The notes under the pieces were generated by a model. The model was not told the origin of the DNA, did not search any database, and worked only from the letters and a program-made list of their open reading frames with translations. A stretch of 64,000 nucleotides of DNA. Source: Takakia lepidozioides (taxonomy: Eukaryota > Plantae > Bryophyta). Below are positions 1 to 10,922 of this stretch, one piece after another (the first letter of the stretch is position 1; every line of letters starts with the position of its first letter). The stretch spans positions 59,210,001 through 59,274,000 of the forward strand of contig CM060731.1 in NCBI GenBank assembly GCA_030704615.1. The letters are read 5' to 3'. The translations under genes were made by a program, and so were the position numbers.

Positions 1-1180
1 ACCCTTGGCTATACTTGAAGTCTCCGTTACCATATAACCATATGGCAAACAAGTCTGGAAAGCTGTTCTTGGTGTGAGTTTGATCCACAAAATATCCTTT
101 GGAATCCAATTCTTTACCAGTACAAGCTCTTCATGCATATGAGTATAAACATTCACTTTTCTTTCCTCCCAGCCTTCAAACTCTACTCGCTTAATGGATA
201 GCAATGCTATCACATAAACCAATGTTGGTAACCAACGTGCTCTTCCTCTACAGGCCACCTGATAAATCTTTATCACTCCTTTCTCCAGACCCCACTCAGG
301 GTCAGCATCATGCACTCTCTTAAGAATGTTTTCTTTACAACCGTCTGGCAATTCCAAAACCTCTGGAAGAATCGTTTGGACAATCTTTCCTTCTCAGTTT
401 CACAAGGAATTTGATTCACATCAAATTCTTTAATTTTCCAACCACCATGATCCCACCAGATGCCTGTCACATCTGGTTGTTCATGACCCAGTTCCCCAGT
501 ATGGTCGCCAAATGTCGCGCGGCTTTTACTCACCCATCCCTTCGCTATCCGAGGCGGAAACTCCAAGATAGAAGAGTTGGAAATCTCTAAGTACTCAGCC
601 CGCTCAGAACAATCAGTCATGACCTACAGCTAGTGTATCATGGGGGTGTTTCCTATTTGTTTTCCTTTCCGCATTCATGTTAGCTAGCTACCTTACTATT
701 GATAATTAAGTATCAGTTTGCTTCATCAATCTATCGGATTCCATCAACTCATCCATTCATTCCACAGCTTCACTCAGATCTCTCTACACAGTGTGAGTAT
801 GAAGTATGTATCAGATTAATATCTATCAAGTATCAGGCTGAAGCCATGGTGTCTCTAATCTACTCTACATTACAATTCTATAGCTTGCATTCATCAAGTA
901 ACAACAGATCGTCACTTCTCCTACTCCGTGCTCTTCATCTTTCCACTCAGAGATGTGCTCTCCCCTCTATTTCCAAGCCCTGATGCCAGAAGTCCCCCCC
1001 AAGAAGTGATCTCCCCCCAATCCATCCTCTCCCAGTCCTTGCTCCTAGCTTTATATTCCTACCCGTTGTTCTAACCGTTTCCCTTACTAACCGTCGTCCG
1101 TGAACTAACATGTTCCATTCGCAGGTGTTGTTCCTCACAGTCGTTCCCTGTCCTGCTATCCGTTCCTTATGGTCGTGACA
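1..1180 (-). mobile_element. LTR-retrotransposon-like end with a frameshifted internal ORF running off the left edge
   Basis: The minus strand begins TGTCACGACC at 1180 (typical LTR TG start), has a TATA-like AATATAAAG near 1050, and TGGCATCAGGGC at ~977-988, which resembles the tRNA-iMet primer-binding site TGGTATCAGAGC. ORF 620-273 continues in another frame to the window edge. No second LTR and no pol motif are visible. Confidence 0.4.
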
Positions 1181-1380
1181 GCTGTGTCAAGCTGTGACTG
1201 GCTGTGTGAAACTATGACGGGCTGTGATTGGCTGTGCGACTGTGTTGGGCTGTGACTGGCTGTGATTGGCTGTGTGGCTGTGACGGGCTGTGTTGGCTGT
1301 GACTGGCTGTGTTGGACTGTGACGGACTGTGACGGGCTGTGTCGGCTGTGACGGGCTGTGTTGGCTATGACGGGCTGTGT
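1181..1380. repeat. Degenerate ~10-bp tandem repeat (GCTGTGACGG/GCTGTGTTGG), about 20 units
   Basis: Directly visible periodic GCTGTG units. Confidence 0.9.
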
Positions 1381-1923
1381 AACCCCCCTCTAAAGTGCGC
1401 TGCTGTCACCCCTAAGGCTCCTGTTGGTCTCAGTCTGTGCAAAAATTAAGGGCATTTCCTCCAGAAACTCGCACTCTGTTCTCTGGAAACAGTTGAAGAA
1501 GTTCTGGGGGCGATTATTGTCTCAGGGAGCTCTATTCCCGAAAGCTTGACTGAACGAGGAAAAGTGGTCCGGCGCAAAATCTCAGCGACATCAGCATTCC
1601 TCCGAAGTTCGTCTCCTTCATTGTGACCGGAAGTCAAATGCGTACACACAAAGCAAAAACAGGCTGACAGAGACAGCCCCTCGTGTGCCATTGAGGGCGA
1701 TTATTGTCGGCTTTGAACTGCGCAGCGACACTTCGAGTGGTTCCCGCCTTCCTGTTATGCTCCACTAGGCACACATAGCCAGTCTAACTGCAGGCTCCCG
1801 TATTATATAGTGCTTAAAAACAAAAACGTCACATCTAGCTTAGCACTAGAAAACTAGATACAGCGCATCTCTCTCGAGTGACAGATCCCGTATAAGTGTC
1901 TAAGTCCCAGACAGTCCTCTAAC

Positions 1924-2598
1924 ATGTTCCGACCTTATCATAGTGGGGAGTCAAAGGACCACAAGTTCTGGTTCTGCCCAGACGATATGGCACGATGCGT
2001 CAAGGGAACAGTTCGTCCTTCGGTGATAATGAAACCCCCTCCCCCCGCAATTTGGCCTCTGAAACTTGGGACGTCGCTGTCAACAACCGAGATAAGCATG
2101 CTGGAGGAGGGAGGGTTTTGTCTTGCACGATCTCGAGTGGTGCCCTTGTGCACTGTCGGCACAGATGTGCCACATGCTCCAGCAATGCCTCCACCCGGTG
2201 CCGACTCCCACCCAACAAAAAGAGATGGAAAAACAGTGCGCCGTATCGCTTCGGGTGCAGATCATGAATGCAAGATGGAATCGGCTAGAATTTTGCAGGC
2301 TCGGGTGGCTCGTATCACCGAAGTCCCTGCCCCGGGGTATGGACGGATTTACACAGTGCTGTCTTTTGGATCAGTTCTTCATGGCAAAGAATATCAGGTT
2401 ACCGTGGGGAATTTCCCTACTTGCACTTGTCCGGATTTTGTAACGATGCGTGAGGGCGCTCTCGGCATGAGAGGGAAGTGGGTCCCCTGCAAGCATCAAT
2501 ATTACATATACCTTGTAATTATGTGTTGCGACGGTAAGAGAGACCAATTCATTCACCAAGCCACACTAGGCTACGGAGAAGTCATCACCCTTCTGTAG
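1924..2598 (+). pseudogene. SWIM zinc-finger protein, transposon-associated, decayed
   Basis: YQVTVGNFPTCTCPDF...WVPCKHQYYI matches the SWIM CxC-xn-CxH motif. The ORF ends at a TAG that could be a CAG>TAG change, and the downstream plus frame (3040-3520) has further TAG stops inside a Q/S/P-rich repeat. Confidence 0.65.
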
Positions 2599-3199
2599 CG
2601 GGACACCTCACGTAGGGCTCCGCCAAATTCTCTTTGAACACATACGAGCCATGCCCGCTTCCCACGCTGGTTTCCAGGTTACCGTGTGAAGACTTTGCAT
2701 TTAGGACAAACATATACATTTTGTTCACGGAACCAGGGCAAATGCACATGCCATTCATTGTAAGCGTCTATCTGTGAATTGAAATAAAGTGTGTCAATCA
2801 TTCTGAGCTCAATTCTGCCATATTTTCATATTCCTCTTTTTGTGCAGACATTGCAGATATGGTGCATGGTGGCCCCCTTTGTTTTGTCCACGGTAATAGG
2901 CCCTCTTCTTGCAATCCTCGCCTATAGGACCTGCTTCTCCAGCAGATTTGTGCCGCTCACGCTTTGCAGCTACAACGTGAGCTCAGCTCCCAGGCTCACG
3001 GGGCTGGGCTCACGCCGTAGCTACGCTACAAGTCGTGGAGGACAGTCTTTGGAGGGTACTGTTCAGCAGACTCCACTGAGGTCTGCTGTGAGGTCTTCTG
3101 GGTCTTCTGGCAATGCTGGTTCGCAATGGGAGTGTCATTTTCTGTGTCATCCTGAGTCTTCTGTTCAGTCTGTTTGCGAGTCTCCTGGTCACAGGCGTC

Positions 3200-3375
3200 T
3201 CGAGACTCCATGGTAGTCTGCTGATTTCCCAAGGCAGTTTGCTCCATGACATGTCTTGTCTGCTCAATTTCCATACCAGTCTGCTGAGACTCCAAACTAG
3301 TCTGCTAAGACTTCATACCAGTCCGCTGAAAATCCCCGGCAGTCTCCTGAGACCTCCCCCCAGCCTGCCGGACCT
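3200..3375 (+). repeat. Imperfect 21-bp tandem repeat encoding a QSAETPx-like heptapeptide
   Basis: Units such as cagtctgctgagactccaaac / tagtctgctaagacttcatac / cagtccgctgaaaatccccgg / cagtctcctgagacctccccc. Confidence 0.7.
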
Positions 3376-3569
3376 GGCCACCCTTACGGACAGTCCCCTG
3401 GTTTTCATGACCCTGCACAGCCAGGACAACCTCTCTAGCAGCCCTGGCAAGGGAGTCGAAAGCACTCAGCATGCGATTTCCAGGTCCCGCTGTCCGCCCT
3501 GCATGGAACACAAAAAATGATATAAACAAATGCGGTGGAGGATTGGCGGGGGGGGGGGGGGGGGGAGCA

Positions 3570-4505
3570 GTGAATGGGACAGAATAACGCGCAAGTACCT
3601 TCCAGCAGATTTCCAACGAGTCCGATGTCTTTAATTTGGCGGTCCAGTTGTGTGGAATCAAGGTGGGCAAGCGCGGAACTGCGGTCGTGATGTGGCGAGC
3701 CAGACCACAATACTCTGAACATGTCTGGTTTGAGCAAGACAATGTCAAACACAGCACGCTCCATTACATACGAGAACCACAACATAGCCTCATCTACACA
3801 GACTCTTGTGTTTGTGATCCATCTGTAACATACTCTCCTGCCTGTGATCCATGTAGGAAGTCTTGCCAAAGAGTGGGCATGTCCTTCAGCAACTTCTTGT
3901 ATGATGTGAAATTTCCAAATTGCATCCACCGATGCTGTAGGAACGATGATGCCATCCGGTCGAAGTGGACCGCAGTCACTGCGGATAAGTGCTTCTTGTG
4001 GACACCGAACGTTGGATGTGCCATAGCCATAGGCCGCACCTCCTCCGCGCAAGGGTCATCCATAAGGAGGAGCTGAATAAGGAGTGGCGGTTCATTTCCT
4101 TCACTCAAAGAAGAAACAACAACTTTCCCTGCTTGCTCCAGAACACGGTTGGCTTCTTCCGTAGTATACTCCATGGAATAGAGATAAGGGAAAAAGGGCC
4201 ACCTCCGGCCCGTTACAATGTGGTGCAGGTCATTCGTCCTGGACGGCCCAGATCTTGCGGGCGGGCGGACACGCAGACAGGCGGACTAGCGGGAGCAGAC
4301 CTGCCGCAGCGGACGGACCCCGGGAGGGGCAGCCGCGGCAGCAGCGGCGGGCGTGGGCGACCACGCGCGGGTGGGGGGCGCTGTCGTCCGGACGATGGGC
4401 CCACCGTCCTTCTCGCACGCTCACGTTCCTGACCCTATTATTGTAAAATGAGAGGCGATCTAAAATAGGTTGGTCTTCGTTTGCATATGGATCAACCAGT
4501 CCCAT
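3570..4505 (-). pseudogene. Frameshifted unknown ORF convergent with the SWIM ORF, probably a second gene of the same decayed transposon
   Basis: Protein-like segments in shifted frames (MEYTTEEANRVLEQ...; CVDEAMLWFSYVMERAVFDIVLLKPDMFRVLW...). No family recognised. Confidence 0.3.
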
Positions 4506-7500
4506 ATCTCGCTTTTCGTAGGTGTATATGGAGTGTTCAAATCGTATTCTTCCTTGTAAGTGAACAAATTCGTGAAACCCCCTAGTTGGAAACGTAACTA
4601 CAGTGCATTATATAGAACCAATTTGCTAGACATCCATCCCTATATTAATTCAGAAATTTAATGGTCACATGGCGGCGGTTCCACATTATTTATTTCTTAA
4701 TGAAATGTCAATGGAAATATTTATGTCTTTAGGCGGCCTTCAGCGTACTTTCCTACAAAGGGGTGGACATAACATATATCAAGGGTCACTTCACAAAGGA
4801 GGGAGTACCATTTTTGTAACGTTTAACATATAACATCCCTATTGCAGCATAGTGTAAAATTTTAGGGAGTAAAAAAAAGATACATCCCTTATAACACATA
4901 AAGAGGGCACATTTAGCCAGGGTCGACTGTATATGTATAAGTTATCAGGGTGTGCCCCAGGCTTGTATTTGTGCGCCAGCTTTTTGTGGAGGCCAGAGTG
5001 TGGGCAGGGCAGCTGAAATTGTGCAGTACACGAGTGAACACTGGGACAGGGAGCTCCACGTTGCCGTAAATAAATTGGGATTAAGAAAAACGAGGGCGTA
5101 ATCGCCGAGCAATAAAGAAGAGTTTGTGGCAGAGCCTGACGCATTAGTGGGGCGTTAGCGTGAGTGGATAGATCTGCAACGGAGTTATGGGAACCGAAGC
5201 GCAGTAATTGAGCGATCGTTATGACGAATTTTGGCAGGTGTCGTCTCTCCTGTCGCCGACGTCACTGCTAGCCGTCACCCGGCGACGGATGGAGAGCGAA
5301 AGCGGATGAGGGATTCATCCATCCGATTTTGAGCCGACTTGACGTTGCGTGTTGTGCATGTGGAAGGGTGAAGAACATTCGTCCATAGCGGGGAGGATGG
5401 ATGAACAGAGGACGACGCAAATGATAGGAGGAGAGGGGAGACGTGGGGGGCTGGAATCCAAGTGTTGTGGGCGAGTGGGAGAGAGAGTGCGAGCGTGCGA
5501 GTGTGCGAGCAAATGCAGTGCAGCAACACAGATTCTGAGACTGACAAGACAGTCCCTGGGCACAGAGTGCAGACTCCATTTTCCCACAAAGACTCACCAT
5601 TGGCAGCGCCGCCAGGCCTGGCAGGAATGGTGAACAACCTCCTGACCGTCTCTGCAGCGCCTTACTCAGGCTGCAGATCAGTAGGTGGATCGGGAACACA
5701 ATATTCTCAGTTAGCATAATTTGCTGCCTGGGACTTTGGGGATGAAGGCTTTTCGATTGCTTCTGGACATGGCTGGACAACGGAAGCTCTAAAGTAGGGA
5801 AGAACCTAATACGAAGCGACAAATCTCTGAAGGTGGGTTGATGGGAGCAGAATAAGATACAATATGAAAGAATAGGAGGACCAGCTAACCAGCTCGTTTT
5901 TTATTCTAGTTCTAGTTGGAGAGTCTGACGCGCAGCACTCCCTAAATCAGGCGGGGGCTAGTTTTTGTGAATAAGTATTAAACAGCGCGCATCTCCTATT
6001 GCAAGCACTGAGAGGTGGGCCTAAAATGGTAGTCATAATGTGCTACATAGTCAAAAGGGAGGCCGAGGTCATAGGAAAGCTATTCTGTTCTTTGCTGTTT
6101 TTGGTGGTGGGGTGTCTTGTGGAGCATTGAAGGCACAAAATGCGGCGCAAAGTGGGGGATAAAAGGCTGGCCATGCGGCACAACAATGCAGTTGATGGCA
6201 AGCCCTGGCATCACTCCGCATGCTCGGCCTTGGATTCATTTAATTCAGGCGTGGGGGACAAGCATGGCCCGCATTACGACTTCACTACCATAACACCTTA
6301 GCCTTTCTCCAATGTCCTAGCTTTGTGACATCATCCGATAACTTGACAGATTCAAGTGCATGACACCGAACTTATACTAACTTACCTACCTACAGGACGC
6401 CAGGCGAGCCAATGTCCAGATCAGGCCACCTAGCCGCTTCGATATGCCAAGCTTCAATGGCTGTTTGTTGTTGTACCCTTTCAGGAAACTGCGAACAACT
6501 AGAGGAATAAAACTGGTGGACCCAAAAGAGAATAAAGCTGCTCGGTAGCCCGGCCGTGTCTTACTCTCTTCTACGAGTCCCCGCATTGGCCCTTAATAAT
6601 AAGCCGAAGTACTTACTAATCAAAGCCGGATTCCACCCCCTCAAATTATCTTAATAAGATCAGTGAACTGACTCACTGCTTGGCTTAAAAAAAAATCTAG
6701 GGTAGGATAAGAGCTGTATGATCAAATGTCAAGCAACCTTCTAAGTGCAAAACAGGAGACAAAAAAGTGATAAACTGGTCTGTCGGTTAAGATCCTAGAA
6801 TGATGAGCCAACCTACCCCAGATCATCAGGCTCTCTCCTAGCTACGCTAACTGTGTTGTTGGGTGGTTCGGTGATCATTGCTCCGACGTAAGATGTAAGA
6901 TTGATCATATGGGCAGCCCTGAGCCCGCATCCAAAGGTCAGCACTGCAGGTGCAATGCTTGCCCCACCGCTGCGCATGCACCACTTGTTCCCCGGGTAGC
7001 ACACTCCAACGGACAGGTGCCCCTGTGCACGCGTGCACATGTTCAAATGTTCTTCGAGCATTTTTAAGTATTTTCTGCAGGGGTGCAGAGTACAGACAAT
7101 ACTTGGTAATCTTGTGAGACATACCACGCCGCCTGGCCAACCCCATCACCTCCTGCAGTATATATCAGTCTTCCATTTTTATACTGTTCTGAGTTTTGAC
7201 CTTAGACTTTTGCTCATTGGGCACTAACTTCTGCCACAATTGGCGTGGCGAGAAGAGAAAGAGAAGAGCAGGAGAAGGATATTTCGCGCAAGCTTTGGAA
7301 GGGGAAAATTTGCAGTTGAGGGTGAAAGCGCTGGACTTCTGACAGCACGACATGCTATTACTGGGTCAAGGGGACACCACTGCATTCTATCATGTTTTAT
7401 CCTATTTTCTTTCTGTGCACCGCATGCTGCCACATGGTCTTTGCTCGCCTACCTTGTATTCTATATGTAAATCGCAGCTCAGCGATGAAGTCCTCGTGGA

Positions 7501-8353
7501 AATTTCACCAATCCTTGTCCTGGCTTGCTACCAACATGAAACATTGGCGAGAAGCACTCTAGCTACCGTAGGTCTGGGCAGCTTGACTTTGGCAAGCGTG
7601 TCAACAACGTGAGTGGGCCCTCATGAATCTCACTTGTTGACTCACCCCGAATGCACTCTAGAAAAAGGTCTTGGACACGCAAGATCTTACAATCCAGCAT
7701 CTCATTCAGCGTTTCACTTCGTGTGGATTCCGGCACTTATCACCCCCGTCCTGTTCAAGAATCCGATGTGTGTCTCGTGGGCAAGGACCCACTATTCCTG
7801 CCCAAAAATGCTGTAACGAATACGTTACAAGTTACAACCATCCAAAGAACAGGATACCTACTGGCTTTTCAACACAATTCAGTCCACGTAATTTGGAAAT
7901 GAGTGAAGTTAGAGGTCGCAGTTCCATCTTCACTTGTGCCCCGGAGATCTCTACTGTTCATGGCACATTTTCTTCCCAAAACTGAGAAAAGCCCACCATG
8001 TACAACGAAACGTCCAAAGTACCCATTAGTGCGTGAGTGTGAGAGTTTCACTAATGATGATAATTATTAAAACCAATGGGAAGGCCATATTTGGTGATGG
8101 ACATGACAGGCTTGCAAAGCACAAAAAGCTCGGTACTTTTACTAAGGAAAAGTGAGGGATTCACTGCAGTGTACAAAGTGAAAAATTGAAGGTGAAGCCC
8201 TTCTTCATTGCACAAAAAACTTGATAGTACCTGCCGTCGTGCCTGCCGTCCTCCTCGCTGTGAATTGCCTACCCTCCTCTTCCTCGCCTGCACTTCGTCC
8301 ACATCTCCAGCTATCCGATCGTCTCCTTCCCAAATATCTGGACCGCTGAATCC

Positions 8354-8477
8354 GTAAGCCAATCAAACAAAGACCCACCATACTATCTCCCTCGATATCT
8401 TCTCGTTCTTCGCCGAGTATCTCTCTCCCGCGTCCTCTCTCTCACCTCCTTCGCGGTAGGACCAGTAAGCCAATCAA
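8354..8477 (+). promoter_or_regulatory. Two identical 13-mers GTAAGCCAATCAA (8354-8366, 8465-8477) with AGCCAATCA CCAAT-box cores; putative SACL promoter
   Basis: Exact repeat 111 bp apart in a CT-rich region upstream of the bHLH. It fits the NF-Y CCAAT consensus, though GTAAG could instead be splice donors. Confidence 0.4.
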
Positions 8478-9690
8478 CGCAGCCCTGTGCATGCTCTGCT
8501 GCAACAATCCCGTCGCTCACTCCCCATTTATCGATCTCACCCTTGATACTGGACCCGGATCCTGCATGGCTTTTCCGAGATCTCCTGAACAGAGATGTTG
8601 CCGAATGTGAGTGTTATCCTGACAGATGTCTTCCTATAAGCGTTGAAGTACACGCTGAAGAGTAGTCGGCTTTTCCATAGATTATCGGTTCCGTTGAACT
8701 CTATGTTCGGATGCTCTTTGTGGTGTTCCGTGCTTCCTAAGGCGACAGCTTCAAGGGACGAGACAGATGCTGGGCGTTCCAAACTGCCTCTTTTATTTGA
8801 AGGCCCAGCCCAAGAGCGGCTCTGATCGATTTAAGGGTACAAATTCTTCCACTTGCGTTGAAAACAATAGGGCTGTCAAGATTATCTGAAGTGTGAGATA
8901 CAAGGAGCTGGTTGAGGTGCTTGGTCTGTGGTGTCCCAGATCATTTTTGGGAAAGAGAAATGGGCATCGCTGTGTCCTCTACTGATTTCTAAATTATAGG
9001 CAGTTCTGTTGTTCCTATGAGACTTGGGACTCTCGGCCTGCAGCAAGGCCGCCATGACATGTAGTGGAAAACTTCGACAACTACTGACACATATAAATAT
9101 ATGATTACATGTGCTGGGGACTTCCCAGTTCCTTTCTTGGTTTTCGGCCTCCTAGCGTGCGCGAATCAGTGTGCACAACTTGATGGAAGCGTGTTCAGGG
9201 TCTTTTGATGTTATATCCGTTTAGACGAAAATTCCATTGGTAGAAACGTGTACGCTGTCGCCAATCCAGTGGAAGCCACTTTTGCATTACAGTAGAAAAC
9301 GGGTCTGTGGAAATCGACTGTTTCACCTTCACGTAGATCCCCCTCTAGTGCGACTAGTGCCGGACCTCTTTCTTTGATCCTAAGTGCACTACCGTCAGAA
9401 GAGAATCTACCAGGTTAAACAACATTGAAGTCCGATAAAGGCTCGAATTGATGATTCAATTGCTGACAGGTGAGGTTCTGTAACCAGGCACTCCATGTGA
9501 TGAGTTAGTTGAAGAATGTGAGAGACAATACAAAAGTGTAGGACGGGGATGAAGGGAGAAAGAGGTGGCTGGCGGAGGAGCGATTAGGAGATTTAGCACA
9601 CACACACAGAGGAAAATTGAACAAGCCAAAAGAACATCGGCCCAAGTAAGCAGCATTAGTGGTAGAGAATGAATGCGGTAATTTTGTGAA

Positions 9691-9783
9691 ATGGCAACGT
9701 GCTGTTGGGTGCTTTCCCATGACAAGGCCTGCAAAGTCCCTCTCTTGGTTGACCTCCATCTGATCTGTGTCCCCTGGTTCTGA
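9691..9783 (+). CDS. Upstream ORF, 30 aa MATCCWVLSHDKACKVPLLVDLHLICVPWF; candidate conserved-peptide uORF of the LHW (homology group 2) type
   Basis: ATG at 9691 in strong context (GAAATGG), TGA at 9781-9783. The spacing CW-x3-HD-x2-C-x2-PLL(V)-x-LH-x2-C-(V/I)-PW matches my recollection of the LHW-family CPuORF. It is below the length cut-off of the ORF track. Confidence 0.7.
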   Translation: MATCCWVLSHDKACKVPLLVDLHLICVPWF

Positions 9784-10922
9784 CAGGACAATTGCTTCGA
9801 CTTCTGAAGCCCACCGAAGTGGTGCAAGGCACAAGTCCCTTTTGAGGATCCAAGATTCTTCTCTTGCAGTACTGCACGCTGTCATGACGTCTGGGAACGA
9901 TGGGAGACCGCCCACAAGCTGGAAGATGGGTCCCCCATTACAAGGTTCGAACTACGGAAGATCCGTGTTATCTGGGATTAACTGGCTTACAACCTCGCAG
10001 TCCCTTTCAGTGACTTAGCTCAAAGCCCAATCTCAGTAGAGGGGTGGTGAGATTCTGTCAGCGCATTGTACTGGGCAGTTCTTCATCTCTCTTGCTACCA
10101 ACACCTTACCTCAGTCTTTTAGACTGCGTCTCCGAAGAGAAGATAAAGGAATACCTCTGAACCGCATGCCGCGTAGGTCTCCACTGACCGATCCCATTGT
10201 CAACAGGTGATCATTATGGGAGCAAACATTTGCATGGAGGCCACCAGCAAGGAGCACTAATCGGTTCATTTAGGTGAGATTGACACTCACAGTCTCTTGC
10301 AATGAAAAGGGAAGCACCGTTCTTTCTTTTTTTTCTTGCTGCCTGGTGATCATTATCTAAATATGCCCCTCGTTGTCTCGAGAGTGGATGGCTTTCTCTA
10401 GAAAAGAAGCTACTACACCTGTACCTTCTGTGAAATCGCCAGTCATTTGTAGTCCCAGCTAAATCGAAACCTCTACTCGCACGTCATTTACAGACTCATC
10501 TAAACCAGAAGAAGGCCAGCCAAGGTCCAGGTTGTGTCCCTATCTCAAAATATCGAACCTGCTGAAGTCCCATTCCAATTTGTAGCATTGCAACAGGCTT
10601 TTATTCTGCGACATATTCAGGCTTGTAGTGGCCATTTTGGCAGTTGGAACTCTATTTTAATGCCAGACAGAGCACTGATGCAGTCTGATGCTCGTGCAGA
10701 GAAAGAAGACACTGTTCTACCTGTGACATCAAATTTTCCGAGTTCACTGAGAAGTTCAGTTTGGTAGGACAGACTAACTAGTCGGCACAGTGTTATTGTT
10801 TGTGTCAGATGGGCCAGTGCTTGATATCTGTTTGTGGTGTCGGGTGCAGGAGATGTGGCCTTCTGAAGGTTGAGTCTGCTGAGAGTCTGTGATTCCAGAT
10901 CTTTCTAGAGTACTTGGGTGCA

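Noticed and set aside
3548-3565. Poly-G run as a G-quadruplex element
   Set aside because: A simple homopolymer inside a decayed element with no supporting context.
7352-7612. ILVLACYQ resembling the HG15 IVVRVIxCYQ motif
   Set aside because: Lies upstream of the likely promoter and has no other matching residues.
10534-10767. ORF containing ARAEKEDTVLPVT, faintly like the SAC51 HG15 uORF end (QAEYFRxLLKPVT)
   Set aside because: Too few identities, wrong spacing, the ORF continues past PVT, and it probably lies in an intron.
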